Notes: generated from the sequence alone by a model not told the origin. DNA of 64,000 nucleotides from an uncultured bacterium (GCA_949292525.1 CASEZJ010000003.1:7594-71593); one strand, 5' to 3'. Positions 9,229 to 18,687 are shown, counted from the stretch's first letter. A program made the numbers and translations.

Positions 9229-12200
9229 TGGCAAAAGACGAATTCATAGTTGAAGATAAACCTAAAAAGAAAACTAGAAAAAAGCCGGTTTTAGAAGAAC
9301 TAGAAGCAATAATTCAAGAAGAAACACCGGTGGTAGCTGAAGAAAAGCCAATTCAAAAGAGTAAAGTTAGTGAAAAAACAACTCCTGAAAAAAAGAATAT
9401 TGTTGAAAAACAAGAAGAAAAAGTTAAAGAAGAAGTGGTTGCTGAAAAAGTAGAAGAAAAACCATCTTCTGAACCAGAAAAAGAAGAAAAAATATCTAGC
9501 AGCTTAGAAAAATTCATTCTTAAACGGCAAAAGCAAAATAAAGCTAAAGCAGAAAAAAGACAAAAAAAGGATGATGAATTAGAACTTAAACGTTATAATC
9601 CCGATCCTGAATATGGTTTAACTGATAGTGATATTGAAAAGCGTAAGAGTCAAGGCTTAACTAATAACGTAAAAGTGGGTTCAACTAAATCAATAAAAAA
9701 GATTATTTTTTCTAACTTAATAACCTTTTTTAATATTTTGACATTTACTATTGCTGGTATCTTAATTTCAGTTAAAGCTTTTACTGATTTATTCTTTGTA
9801 GTAATTGTTAGTGCTAATATTATTATTGGTATTATTCAAGAGATTAAAGCCAAAAATATTATTGATAAATTGTCTTTAATGCAAGCCCCTACCGCCTTTG
9901 TTATTAGAAATGGTGTTAGAAGTGAAGTTGCGGTTAATGAAGTTGTTTTAGATGATATATTAGTATTAGAAGCTGGTAAACAAATTCCTTCAGATGCTAT
10001 ATTACTTGAAGGCAGTGCTGAGGTTAATGAAAGCTTATTAACAGGTGAAAGTGATGCAATTGTTAAAAAGCCTGGTGATACCTTATATAGTGGTTCATTT
10101 ATCATTAGTGGTAATTGTAAAGCTAGAGTAAATAAGGTAGGTAAAGACAATTATATATCACGTTTATCAGGTGAAGCTAAATTATATAAAAAGCCAAAAT
10201 CTGATTTGTTAAAATCTTTAAATGTTATCATTTTAATTATGGCATGCATCATCATTCCAATAGGTTTAACTCTATTCTATATGCAATATATTCAAAATGG
10301 TGTGGATTATGTAACATCAATTAGAAAAACTGCAGGTGCGATGGTTGGTATGATTCCATCAGGGCTTATGTTACTGTCATCAGTAGCTTTAGCAGTTGGG
10401 GTTATACGATTAGCACAAAATAAAGTTATGGTTCAAGAATTATACTGTATTGAAATGTTAGCTAGAGTTAATGTTTTATGTTTAGATAAAACAGGAACAA
10501 TAACAGATGGTACAATGTCAGTTAAAGATGTTATTGAATATGGTAATAATTTTGGTATAACTACTAAAGCAGTTATTAATGGTATGTTAAATGCTTTAAA
10601 AGAAAATAATTTGACGCAAAAAGCATTAGAAGAAAAATTTGGTTCTAATAAAAAGATTAAATATCATTCTTTAATTCATTTTTCAAGTCAAAGAAAATAT
10701 AATGCCGTTAGCTTTGAACGTTATGGTACATTCATAATGGGAGCACCTGAATTTGTTTTAAAAGATGATTTTGAAATATATAAGAAAGAAATAGATGATT
10801 ATTCTAAACGTGGTTATAGAGTTTTAGCCTTAGCACATAAAGAAGGCTATATTGAAAATGGTAATTTACCAGAAGGAGAAATTAGCCTAGTAGCTACAAT
10901 TTTAATTGAAGATAATATTAGACCAGACGCGGTAGAAACTATTAATTATTTCAAGGCAAGTGGGGTTGAAGTAAAAGTAATATCTGGTGATAATCCACTT
11001 ACAGTAGCTAAGATAAGTGAAAGAGCTGGTATAGCTAATGCAAGTGAATGCATTTCTCTAGATGGTATGTCTGATGAAGATGTTGTTAGAGCAGCCACAA
11101 GATACACTGTATTTGGCCGGGTTTCACCAGATCAAAAGCGAATTTTAGTTAGAGCTTTAAAAGAAGCTGGTAAGACTGTAGCCATGACAGGTGATGGTGT
11201 TAATGATATTTTAGCATTAAGAGAAGCTGATTGTTCAATCGCGATGGCTTCTGGTAGTGAAGCGGCTCGTAATGCTAGTCACTTAGTTTTAATCGATTCT
11301 AACTTTAGCTCTATGCCTAAGGTTGTAGCTGAAGGTAGAAGAGTTATTAATAATGTTTCAAGAGTAGCATGTTTATTTTTAACTAAAACAATATTTAGTT
11401 TCTTGTTAGCTATTCAAGCTTTAAATAGTAGTGGTATATATCCAATTAGTACAGTTCAATTATCAATTATTGATTTCTTTGTTGTAGGTATACCGTCATT
11501 CTTCTTAGTATTAGAGCCTAATAATAATGAAGTTGATAGTAAGTTCTTGCCAAACATCTTAAAAGGTGCGTTGCCAGGGGCAATAACGATCTTGATATGT
11601 TCTATTTTAACTTTCCAACTAGTTGAATATTTAAATTATGATTTTATGACTTCATCAACAATAATAATTATTGTTGCAACTAATACATGTTTAATGGTTT
11701 TATTTAAGGTATGTCGTCCATTTAATAGATTACGTAAAATAATTTGCGGCACATCTTATACATTATTTGTTTTATGTATTATTTTCTTACCAAGTTTATT
11801 TGAAATTAGGCCAATTTTTGCCTTTATGGAATATAATTCCGATACGGTAGAAATAACGAGATTAGATAGCACACCTTCAATTGCGATTTCTGAGGATTAT
11901 AACTTTGTTTTAGATGGTGTGGTTTATGACACTAAAGCTACAGCAAATTATCAATATTTAAACACAAGATCAGAAAATGGTAATTTAGCAATCAATTCAG
12001 GTCAAGGTTGGAATGTGGTTAATAAAGACGATGAGCCTTATGTGATTAAAAACCCAGAACTATCAATTGATTCAAATAATAATCTATATGCTGGTGGTTA
12101 TTTAACAGAAGCGTTAAAATTTACCGATGATATATCTAGAATTAAATTGAAAATTGCTAGTGATGGTAAAGTTACAATTTATAGTGTTGGTGATAATGGT

Positions 12201-12998
12201 GAAGAAAGAGAAATTCCTAATCAACCTGATTATTCAATATTACCGCAAATAACGCTTAACAGTGCTGGTTATTTAGTAATTGATGGTAATGAAAATAATG
12301 CTATTTATAAATGGAATGATGGAGAAATAAAAACTATAAGTTTAGATGAAAATTTAAATGTCGTAATAAATGGTGAAATCTATTCTTATACAACAACTGA
12401 TGGTCAAAAATATAACTTAACAGTAGCAATGCCAAGCATTTCATATTCGGTAGATAATCATATTGTTATTGATGCACAAGCAGTTAAATATGAAAATGGT
12501 ACAAACGTAACCTTAACTAGTTTAGGGGAAACTAACCTAGGGGATTTAATTGAATATGAAAGAACAACTTTAAATTATGCGGATAAAAAGATTAAATCAA
12601 ACGGTAACTACTATAATTTTTATAATGTTGATGCTGATAATTATATAACTACAAATATTCCAATTATCATTCCCCAAATCTCAACAACAACTGCCGGAAG
12701 ATATATTATTGATGGTAAATACACTTCTTATGAAGCCTTAACAATTGGTGGTGACTCATCAACTAATTTAAATGTTACTGAAGATGGTTATTTAACTATC
12801 AACGATTTTAAAACTGATTATAAAGCAGATTACAGTATTCAAAAAGGTGGTATAGTTCAAAAACTATCAATCCCTGCCATCTTGATTTTATTAACACTAT
12901 GTTTAGGTTCAGCTCCAATCATTAAAATATTAACTGGATGTGTACCATGGTGTAAACAAACGATAAAAAGTGTTCAAAACATTTTATCTAAATTTTAA
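9228..12998 (+). CDS. cation-translocating P-type ATPase with a KE-rich N-terminal extension and a large insertion before the last TM helix
   Basis: The core motifs are TGES (LLTGESD), DKTGTIT (CLDKTGTITDG) and MTGDGVNDILAL. I count about 10 TM segments. The start ATG overlaps the mrnC stop (TAATG). Confidence 0.9.
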   Translation: MAKDEFIVEDKPKKKTRKKPVLEELEAIIQEETPVVAEEKPIQKSKVSEKTTPEKKNIVEKQEEKVKEEVVAEKVEEKPSSEPEKEEKISSSLEKFILKRQKQNKAKAEKRQKKDDELELKRYNPDPEYGLTDSDIEKRKSQGLTNNVKVGSTKSIKKIIFSNLITFFNILTFTIAGILISVKAFTDLFFVVIVSANIIIGIIQEIKAKNIIDKLSLMQAPTAFVIRNGVRSEVAVNEVVLDDILVLEAGKQIPSDAILLEGSAEVNESLLTGESDAIVKKPGDTLYSGSFIISGNCKARVNKVGKDNYISRLSGEAKLYKKPKSDLLKSLNVIILIMACIIIPIGLTLFYMQYIQNGVDYVTSIRKTAGAMVGMIPSGLMLLSSVALAVGVIRLAQNKVMVQELYCIEMLARVNVLCLDKTGTITDGTMSVKDVIEYGNNFGITTKAVINGMLNALKENNLTQKALEEKFGSNKKIKYHSLIHFSSQRKYNAVSFERYGTFIMGAPEFVLKDDFEIYKKEIDDYSKRGYRVLALAHKEGYIENGNLPEGEISLVATILIEDNIRPDAVETINYFKASGVEVKVISGDNPLTVAKISERAGIANASECISLDGMSDEDVVRAATRYTVFGRVSPDQKRILVRALKEAGKTVAMTGDGVNDILALREADCSIAMASGSEAARNASHLVLIDSNFSSMPKVVAEGRRVINNVSRVACLFLTKTIFSFLLAIQALNSSGIYPISTVQLSIIDFFVVGIPSFFLVLEPNNNEVDSKFLPNILKGALPGAITILICSILTFQLVEYLNYDFMTSSTIIIIVATNTCLMVLFKVCRPFNRLRKIICGTSYTLFVLCIIFLPSLFEIRPIFAFMEYNSDTVEITRLDSTPSIAISEDYNFVLDGVVYDTKATANYQYLNTRSENGNLAINSGQGWNVVNKDDEPYVIKNPELSIDSNNNLYAGGYLTEALKFTDDISRIKLKIASDGKVTIYSVGDNGEEREIPNQPDYSILPQITLNSAGYLVIDGNENNAIYKWNDGEIKTISLDENLNVVINGEIYSYTTTDGQKYNLTVAMPSISYSVDNHIVIDAQAVKYENGTNVTLTSLGETNLGDLIEYERTTLNYADKKIKSNGNYYNFYNVDADNYITTNIPIIIPQISTTTAGRYIIDGKYTSYEALTIGGDSSTNLNVTEDGYLTINDFKTDYKADYSIQKGGIVQKLSIPAILILLTLCLGSAPIIKILTGCVPWCKQTIKSVQNILSKF

Positions 12999-13018
12999 AA
13001 GTGGTTTTTACCACTTTT
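12997..13018 (+). terminator. rho-independent terminator
   Basis: The hairpin is AAAAGTGGT-TTTT-ACCACTTTT. Confidence 0.55.
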
Positions 13019-13068
13019 ATTATTTATAGATATTTGCTATAATTCATACGGAAAAGGCGTGGCATAAA

Positions 13069-13755
13069 ATGATTAAAATTTATGGTAAAAACTTACTAAA
13101 AGAGGCTATTTTAAATAAGGCTCCTCTTAAAGAAATTTATGTATTAAATACAGAAAGAAAAATGATTGATTTATTAAATGAACATAATTTAAAGTATAAA
13201 ATAACGGATAAACAAACTTTAAACAATTTATTTGGTAATAATCATCAAGGGATAGGAGCAATAAGAGCAGATTATAAAACCTACTCTTTAGACTATTTTT
13301 TTAGTGAGGAAAGTGAAAAGAGAATTTTAATATTAGACGGACTTAATGATCCGCAAAACTTTGGAGCCATTATTAGAACAGCTGATGCATTTAATTTTAA
13401 AGGTATAATTTTAGGTAATAACCGTAGTGTACCTATTACCTCAGTTGTAGCTCATGTTTCAACCGGCGCAATTGAATATGTACCTATTTGTTATGTTAAT
13501 AGTTTAGCAAATGCAGTAAAACAACTTAAAGAAAATGGGTATTGGATTATAAGTGCAGAAGCTTTTGGTAATACTAATATTACCGATATCTCATTAGATA
13601 GAAATATAGCCTTAATAATAGGGTCAGAAGGATTTGGTATTAGTAAAACCTTATTAAAAGAGTCTGATTATATTGTTAGTATAGGTATGAAGGGCCATGT
13701 TAATAGTCTAAATGCTTCAGTTTCGGCTGGTATTTTAATGGAAAAGTTAAAATAA
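13069..13755 (+). CDS. rlmB: TrmH/SpoU-family 23S rRNA 2'-O-methyltransferase
   Basis: It has SpoU motifs (LDGLNDPQNFGAIIRTA, LIIGSEGFGIS, SLNASVSAGI). Its position matches Bacillus yacO/rlmB. Confidence 0.8.
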   Translation: MIKIYGKNLLKEAILNKAPLKEIYVLNTERKMIDLLNEHNLKYKITDKQTLNNLFGNNHQGIGAIRADYKTYSLDYFFSEESEKRILILDGLNDPQNFGAIIRTADAFNFKGIILGNNRSVPITSVVAHVSTGAIEYVPICYVNSLANAVKQLKENGYWIISAEAFGNTNITDISLDRNIALIIGSEGFGISKTLLKESDYIVSIGMKGHVNSLNASVSAGILMEKLK

Positions 13756-13763
13756 GGAGATAA

Positions 13764-14279
13764 ATGTATTTAGGGTGGAATGATTACGAATTAATCTATT
13801 TGATTAAAGAAGGTAATTATAAAGCTCTCAACCTTATGTATCATAAATATAGTGCTTTTATTCGTTTAAAAGCTCGTGAATGTGGATTTAAGGGCTTTTA
13901 TTTAGACGATTGTGTTCAAGAGGGATTGATTTTACTAAATAAAGCTCTTAAATTATATGATAGCAGTTATAATAAAAGCTTTTGGTCATATTTTAACTTA
14001 ATTTTACAAAGACGATTATGGCGTTTTTATAAAGAAATTAAACCTAATTATCACGATGTGTTAGCAGTTGAAATAAAGGATGATAATGTTTTTAAAGAAA
14101 GGGTAATTGAATATAGTTCAGTTTTTAAAGATGAACATTTAAAAATGGTTTATAAAGAAATCTATTATTACAACACGAAAGTTGAAGATTTAGCTAACAA
14201 ACTAGGTGTAAAACCATATACAATTTATCGTGACTTGAAAAAAATTAAAGAAATCTTAAGATTAGAGTTTGACTTATAA
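13764..14279 (+). CDS. small sigma-70-family sigma factor (SigH-like by position)
   Basis: It has a region-2-like segment (DDCVQEGLILLNKALKLYD..SFWSYFNLILQRRL) and a C-terminal HTH (VEDLANKLGVKPYTIYRDLKKIK). It occupies the sigH slot upstream of rpmG-secE-nusG. Confidence 0.65.
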   Translation: MYLGWNDYELIYLIKEGNYKALNLMYHKYSAFIRLKARECGFKGFYLDDCVQEGLILLNKALKLYDSSYNKSFWSYFNLILQRRLWRFYKEIKPNYHDVLAVEIKDDNVFKERVIEYSSVFKDEHLKMVYKEIYYYNTKVEDLANKLGVKPYTIYRDLKKIKEILRLEFDL

Positions 14280-14329
14280 GTTAAAAAAATGTAGAATTAT
14301 ATAGACACGGTTAAGGTGGTTTTTTTAAT

Positions 14330-14479
14330 ATGCGAAAAAAAGTTATTTTGATTTGTGAAGAATGTTTAAGTAGAAACTATACTACTACAAAAAGTCCACA
14401 AAAAGAAGGTGTGCGTTTAGAGATTAAAAAATTTTGTCCTAAATGCAATAAATATACAATACATAAAGAAACAAAATAA
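14330..14479 (+). CDS. rpmG: 50S ribosomal protein L33 (missed by the ORF track, 49 aa)
   Basis: My translation is [49 protein letters not shown], which contains CxxC...CxxC. The RBS is AAGGTGG, and the gene keeps the conserved position before secE. Confidence 0.9.
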   Translation: MRKKVILICEECLSRNYTTTKSPQKEGVRLEIKKFCPKCNKYTIHKETK

Positions 14480-14490
14480 AGGGTGATTAT

Positions 14491-14907
14491 ATGGCTATTA
14501 AGGAAAAACAAGTTGAAAAAAAATCAAAGTTATTAGAAATTTTATCTAAAGATTATCGTTGGGAAAATTACGTTTTCTTTATAATTTCTTTACTAGTATT
14601 AGTTTTAGGTACATTAATATTAACTAACACAATAACTATTAATGAAGATGCATTTTTAATTGGCCCAATCGCTAATATATTTGCATGGCTAATGGTAGCA
14701 TTTGGTGGCTTAGCTTTAATTTATGCAGTTTATCCTTTTTTTAAACCAGCATTTCCAGAGATAAAAAGAGTTACATGGTTAAAAGGATTAAAATACTTTG
14801 GTAATGTATTAAGAGTATTTATTTTCATTATTATTTTAGCTTTGTTATTTGTTCTATATGATTATTTTATTACAGCAGCTTTAGGAAAGATTATGGAGAA
14901 TATCTAA
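14491..14907 (+). CDS. secE: preprotein translocase subunit SecE (long, 3-TM form)
   Basis: The C-terminal part (IKRVTWLKGLKYFGNVLRVFIFIIILALLF) is SecE-like and is preceded by two extra TM segments. The gene lies immediately upstream of nusG, with a TAATG overlap. Confidence 0.75.
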   Translation: MAIKEKQVEKKSKLLEILSKDYRWENYVFFIISLLVLVLGTLILTNTITINEDAFLIGPIANIFAWLMVAFGGLALIYAVYPFFKPAFPEIKRVTWLKGLKYFGNVLRVFIFIIILALLFVLYDYFITAALGKIMENI

Positions 14908-15470
14908 TGAAAAGATGGTATGTAGTTCAAACTTATTCAGGATATGAAAATTCTGTTTTAGAAGATTTAGAATCTAGAAAAGATTCAATGGGTTTATCAA
15001 ATAAAATTTATCAAATATTAGCTCCAGAAATTGAAGAAGAGGTTCTAGATAAAAATGGTAAACCAGCTGTAGATAAAAAAGGAAATAAAAAAGTAAAAGT
15101 ATCTAAAATATATCCAGGCTACATTTTCTTAGAAATGGAAGTTGAAAAAGAAATCGATGATACAACTTGGTTTATTATTCGTAATACACCAAAAGTAACC
15201 GGCTTTTTAGGTTCATCTGGTCATGGTACTAAACCAGTTCCAATTCCTCAAGATGAAATGAATAGAATCTTAGAAAAAATTGGTTTAATTGAAAAAACAA
15301 GTTTCAAAGAAGGGGACCAAGTTGAAGTAATAGCTGGACCTTTTATTGGTCAAACTGGCGTTGTTTCAGCAGTTAATTTAGAAAAAGAAGAAGTTGAAGT
15401 TATGATTGAAATGTTTGGTAGAGCAACACCAAGCGAATTACAATTTGGCCAGGTTAGAAAAATTGCTTAA
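14907..15470 (+). CDS. nusG: transcription termination/antitermination factor NusG
   Basis: It has the NGN start KRWYVVQTYSGYEN and the KOW motif GDQVEVIAGPFIGQTGVV. Confidence 0.95.
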   Translation: MKRWYVVQTYSGYENSVLEDLESRKDSMGLSNKIYQILAPEIEEEVLDKNGKPAVDKKGNKKVKVSKIYPGYIFLEMEVEKEIDDTTWFIIRNTPKVTGFLGSSGHGTKPVPIPQDEMNRILEKIGLIEKTSFKEGDQVEVIAGPFIGQTGVVSAVNLEKEEVEVMIEMFGRATPSELQFGQVRKIA

Positions 15471-15699
15471 TATAGTTAAGAAGAAATTAATAGTTCTAAT
15501 ATTTTTTGCGTTTTTGATTAGCGATATATGTCAAATTATAAAACCGTTAATAGAAACTAATACTTATAACTATGAAAGATTTGATATAGTTTATTCTATA
15601 ATTAATGATCAGGTGGTTATTCATATATCATTAATATATGCCTTGATAGTATTAATCTTATATTTTAGTTTTAATTTCTTTAAGAAATCTAGAGGGTAA
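15406..15699 (+). CDS. possible small membrane protein downstream of nusG (start uncertain)
   Basis: This hydrophobic ORF fills the ~230 nt between the nusG stop and the terminator at 15690. Its only ATG overlaps nusG by 65 nt and has no clear RBS. Confidence 0.2.
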   Translation: MKCLVEQHQANYNLARLEKLLNIVKKKLIVLIFFAFLISDICQIIKPLIETNTYNYERFDIVYSIINDQVVIHISLIYALIVLILYFSFNFFKKSRG

Positions 15700-15717
15700 T
15701 TCACCCTCTATTTTTTA
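15690..15717 (+). terminator. rho-independent terminator
   Basis: The hairpin is AGAGGGT-AATTC-ACCCTCT, followed by TTTTTT. Confidence 0.65.
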
Positions 15718-15737
15718 TTAGAAAAATAAAATTTATA

Positions 15738-15766
15738 TTGCATATTGAATAGATATTTGTTATAAT
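15738..15766 (+). promoter_or_regulatory. sigma-A-type promoter of the rplK-rplA unit
   Basis: The elements are TTGCAT, a 17-nt spacer and TATAAT. Confidence 0.6.
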
Positions 15767-15791
15767 TACAAAGCACGTATTTAGTACGTCA

Positions 15792-15819
15792 GTGGGAGGT
15801 TAAAACCGTTTAACCACAT
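15792..15819 (+). promoter_or_regulatory. 28-nt leader motif GTGGGAGG-N10-TTAACCACAT, copy 1 (candidate L1-binding mimic)
   Basis: The sequence is GTGGGAGGTTAAAACCGTTTAACCACAT, just upstream of the rplK RBS. A same-length copy lies upstream of rplA. Confidence 0.45.
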
Positions 15820-15842
15820 CATTGAAAGAAGGAGGAAATAAA

Positions 15843-16268
15843 ATGGCTAAGAAAGTAGTTAAAGTAGTTAAATTACAGATTCCAGCCGGTAAAGCTAATC
15901 CAGCGCCTCCAGTCGGTCCAGCATTAGGACAGGCAGGCGTTAATATCCCAGGCTTTTGTTCACAATTCAATGATCAAACTAAAGATAAAATGGGATATGT
16001 TCTACCAGTAGTAATTTCTGTATATGAAGACCGTTCTTTCACATTTGTTGTTAAGACTCCACCTGCTTCAGACTTATTAAAGAAAGCTGCAGGCATTGAA
16101 AAAGGTTCTAACAACTCTAAGAAGAACATTGTAGCAAAAATAACTAAAGCGCAAGCTGAAGAAATTGCTAAAATGAAGATGCCTGACTTAAATGCTAATG
16201 ACGTTGAAGCGGCAACTAAAATCATCGCTGGTACTGCTCGTAACATGGGTATTACAGTTGAAGATTAA
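15843..16268 (+). CDS. rplK: 50S ribosomal protein L11
   Basis: It contains [23 protein letters not shown] set the start at the ATG at 15843, after GGAGG; the track start at 15822 is upstream of the RBS. Confidence 0.95.
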   Translation: MAKKVVKVVKLQIPAGKANPAPPVGPALGQAGVNIPGFCSQFNDQTKDKMGYVLPVVISVYEDRSFTFVVKTPPASDLLKKAAGIEKGSNNSKKNIVAKITKAQAEEIAKMKMPDLNANDVEAATKIIAGTARNMGITVED

Positions 16269-16296
16269 TTAAAGGTTGTTTATACAGCCTAAATTT

Positions 16297-16324
16297 GTGG
16301 GAGGAAATTCCCGCTTAACCACAT
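16297..16324 (+). promoter_or_regulatory. 28-nt leader motif, copy 2 (candidate L1-binding mimic)
   Basis: The sequence is GTGGGAGGAAATTCCCGCTTAACCACAT, immediately upstream of the rplA RBS AGGAGG. Confidence 0.45.
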
Positions 16325-16338
16325 TTTAGGAGGAAAAT

Positions 16339-17040
16339 ATGAAGAGAGGAAAGAAATACCAAGAAGCAGCAAAATTAGTTGATGCTAATAAAGTTTATTC
16401 AGCTTTAGAAGCTTTAGAATTAGCTTGTAAAACTTCAACTGTTAAATTTGATGCTTCTGTTGATGTAGCATTCCGTTTAAATCTTGATCCACGTAAGGCA
16501 GAACAAAATATTAGAGGCGCTATTGTTTTACCTAATGGTACTGGTAAAACTCGTCGTGTTTTAGTTTTATGCCGTGGTGCAAAACAACAAGAAGCAACAG
16601 CAGCTGGTGCAGATTATGTTGGCGATAGCGAATATATTCATAAAATCCAACAAGGCTGGTTTGATTTCGACATTATTGTTGCTACACCAGATATGATGGG
16701 TGAACTTGGACGTTTAGGTCGTATTTTAGGTCCTAAAGGTTTAATGCCAAACCCTAAAACTGGTACAGTTACAATGGATGTAACTAAAGCAGTTCAAGAA
16801 ATTAAAAACGGTAAAGTTGAATATAGACCTGATAAAGTAGGTAATATTCAAATGACTATTGGTAAAGTATCATTCGGAGCTGAAAAATTAGCTCAAAACT
16901 TAAAAGCAGTTTATGATACTTTAACAAGAGTTCGCCCTTCTACAGTAAAGGGTACATACATTAAAAATATTTCTGTAGCTTCTACAATGGGCCCTGGTGT
17001 TAAAGTTAACCCAGATACTATTGTTGCTGCAGGCAAATAA
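16339..17040 (+). CDS. rplA: 50S ribosomal protein L1
   Basis: It has typical L1 sequence ([10 protein letters not shown]..., [36 protein letters not shown]). Confidence 0.95.
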   Translation: MKRGKKYQEAAKLVDANKVYSALEALELACKTSTVKFDASVDVAFRLNLDPRKAEQNIRGAIVLPNGTGKTRRVLVLCRGAKQQEATAAGADYVGDSEYIHKIQQGWFDFDIIVATPDMMGELGRLGRILGPKGLMPNPKTGTVTMDVTKAVQEIKNGKVEYRPDKVGNIQMTIGKVSFGAEKLAQNLKAVYDTLTRVRPSTVKGTYIKNISVASTMGPGVKVNPDTIVAAGK

Positions 17041-17153
17041 TTTACCAAAGACAGTAGGTGTGCGTTAGCACTTAATTTCTACCGAGGTAGGGAAAAGAAT
17101 CTTCTTTGCCATGCTCGGTAGAGAAGATTTTTAAATTTATACGGAGGTGCAAA
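17041..17153 (+). promoter_or_regulatory. structured rplJ leader (candidate L10 leader)
   Basis: This 113-nt leader contains a GTGC-GTTA-GCAC hairpin and a long inverted repeat, CTACCGAG (17079-17086) / CTCGGTAG (17114-17121), which encloses AAAGAA/TTCTTT. A T-run follows. The position matches the Firmicutes L10 leader. Confidence 0.5.
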
Positions 17154-17654
17154 ATGTCTAGTGCAATAGAACAAAAGAAAACCTTAGTTGCCGAATTAGT
17201 TGAAAAAATTAAAGCTTCAAAATCTATTGTAGCATTCAAATATCAAGGTTTAACAGTAGAAAAATTTCAACAATTAAGAAGAGCAATGCGCGCTAATGGT
17301 TGTGATGTTCAAATTATAAAAAATAACATTACACGTCGTGCAGCTAGCGAACTTGGTTATGCTGCTTTTGCTGATAGCATGTCAGGTCCAATCGCTATTG
17401 CTTTTGCAACTGAAGATATGGTAGCACCAGCTAAACAAATCTATACATTTGCTAAAGATAATACATGTGTAGAAGTTGTAAGTGGTGTTGTAGATGGTGA
17501 CGTATATAATGTTAACCAATTAGAAGAATTATCAAAACTTCCATCATACGAAACATTATTAACTCAATTAGCTGCTGGTATGTTAGGTACAGTAAGAAAT
17601 TTAGCAGTAGCTTTAAATTTGTATGTTGAAGAACATGAAGAAGCCGCAAATTAA
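17154..17654 (+). CDS. rplJ: 50S ribosomal protein L10
   Basis: I set the start at the ATG at 17154 (MSSAIEQKK), after the RBS GGAGGTG. The upstream track start lies inside the leader structure. Confidence 0.95.
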   Translation: MSSAIEQKKTLVAELVEKIKASKSIVAFKYQGLTVEKFQQLRRAMRANGCDVQIIKNNITRRAASELGYAAFADSMSGPIAIAFATEDMVAPAKQIYTFAKDNTCVEVVSGVVDGDVYNVNQLEELSKLPSYETLLTQLAAGMLGTVRNLAVALNLYVEEHEEAAN

Positions 17655-17680
17655 TAAGATATAAATAGGAGGATATAACA

Positions 17681-18058
17681 ATGGCTAAGTTAACAAAAGA
17701 AACATTTATTGAAGCATTAAAAGAAATGACTATTCTTGAAGTAAAAGAATTAGTAGATGCAATGAAAGAAGAATTTGGTATTGATCCAAGTGCAGTTGCT
17801 GCTGCTCCTGCTGCTGGTGCTGCTGCTGGTGCTGCTGCTGCAGAACAAACTGAATTCGATGTAATTTTAAAAGCTCCAGGTGCAGCTAAATTAGGTGTAA
17901 TTAAAGTAGTTAAAGAAATCACAGGTTTAGGCTTAAAAGAAGCTAAAGAATTAGTTGATAATGCACCAAAACCAGTTAAAGAAAAAGTTTCTAAAGCTGA
18001 AGCAGAAGAAATTAAAACTAAACTTACTGAAGCTGGCGCTGAAGTAGAAGTTAAGTAA
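17681..18058 (+). CDS. rplL: 50S ribosomal protein L7/L12
   Basis: It has an Ala/Pro-rich hinge ([15 protein letters not shown]) and a C-terminal domain ([21 protein letters not shown]). Confidence 0.95.
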   Translation: MAKLTKETFIEALKEMTILEVKELVDAMKEEFGIDPSAVAAAPAAGAAAGAAAAEQTEFDVILKAPGAAKLGVIKVVKEITGLGLKEAKELVDNAPKPVKEKVSKAEAEEIKTKLTEAGAEVEVK

Positions 18059-18060
18059 TT

Positions 18061-18086
18061 AAAAGCCTAGTATACTAGGCTTTTTC
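18061..18086 (+). terminator. rho-independent terminator (possibly leaky, since ybxB follows)
   Basis: The hairpin is GCCTAG-TATA-CTAGGC, followed by TTTTT. Confidence 0.6.
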
Positions 18087-18096
18087 TTTAAAAAAT

Positions 18097-18687
18097 ATGT
18101 CACATTATTACTCTAAAAATCCCGATGTATTATCTAACCCTCAAGAAATAAATTATCAGTTTAAAAACAAATTATTTAAATTCAAAACTGATAATGGAGT
18201 TTTTTCTAAACAATATGTAGATTTTGGTACTAATTTATTATTAAACTCTATAACTATAAATAATATTGAATTTCCGCTACTAGACTTGTGCTGTGGTTAT
18301 GGCGTAGTAGGTATAGTCTTAAAATCACAAACAAATAAAGCAGTCTATGCTACTGATATTAATGAAAGAGCAGTTTTATTAACTAAAGAAAACGCTAAAA
18401 TTAATAACGTTAATATTAATGTATATAGTGGTGATATGTTTGAAAACATACCTGATATTAGTTTTAGCCAAATTCTTTTAAATCCACCAATTAGGGCAGG
18501 AAAAAAAGTGGTTTTTAACTTGTATTTAGAATCTTATAATCACTTAGTCACTAATGGTGAATTAGATATTGTTATTCAAAAGAAGCAAGGTAAAGATAGT
18601 ACTTTAAAATATTTAAAAGAATTATTTAAAGAAGTTAATATCATTAATAAAGATAAAGGTTATTTTATAATTCAAGCCAAAAAATAG
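18097..18687 (+). CDS. class I SAM-dependent methyltransferase (Bacillus YbxB-like, RsmC/RlmG-type)
   Basis: It has a SAM motif (LLDLCCGYGVVG) and NPPIRAG. Its position between rplL and rpoB matches B. subtilis ybxB. Confidence 0.8.
   Translation: MSHYYSKNPDVLSNPQEINYQFKNKLFKFKTDNGVFSKQYVDFGTNLLLNSITINNIEFPLLDLCCGYGVVGIVLKSQTNKAVYATDINERAVLLTKENAKINNVNINVYSGDMFENIPDISFSQILLNPPIRAGKKVVFNLYLESYNHLVTNGELDIVIQKKQGKDSTLKYLKELFKEVNIINKDKGYFIIQAKK

Noticed and set aside
9228-9650. The KE-rich first ~130 codons of the P-type ATPase as a separate small gene or a frameshift artefact.
   Set aside because: The frame is continuous into the canonical ATPase N-terminus (GLTDSDIEKRKSQGLTNN). There is no internal RBS or start. 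The ATG at 9228 is translationally coupled to mrnC.
17797-17845. A GCT/GGT-rich microsatellite-like tract (GCTGCTGCTCCTGCTGCTGGTGCT...) that stands out in the AT-rich DNA.
   Set aside because: It encodes the Ala/Pro/Gly flexible hinge of L7/L12 ([15 protein letters not shown]). That is a universal feature of rplL, not an independent repeat element.
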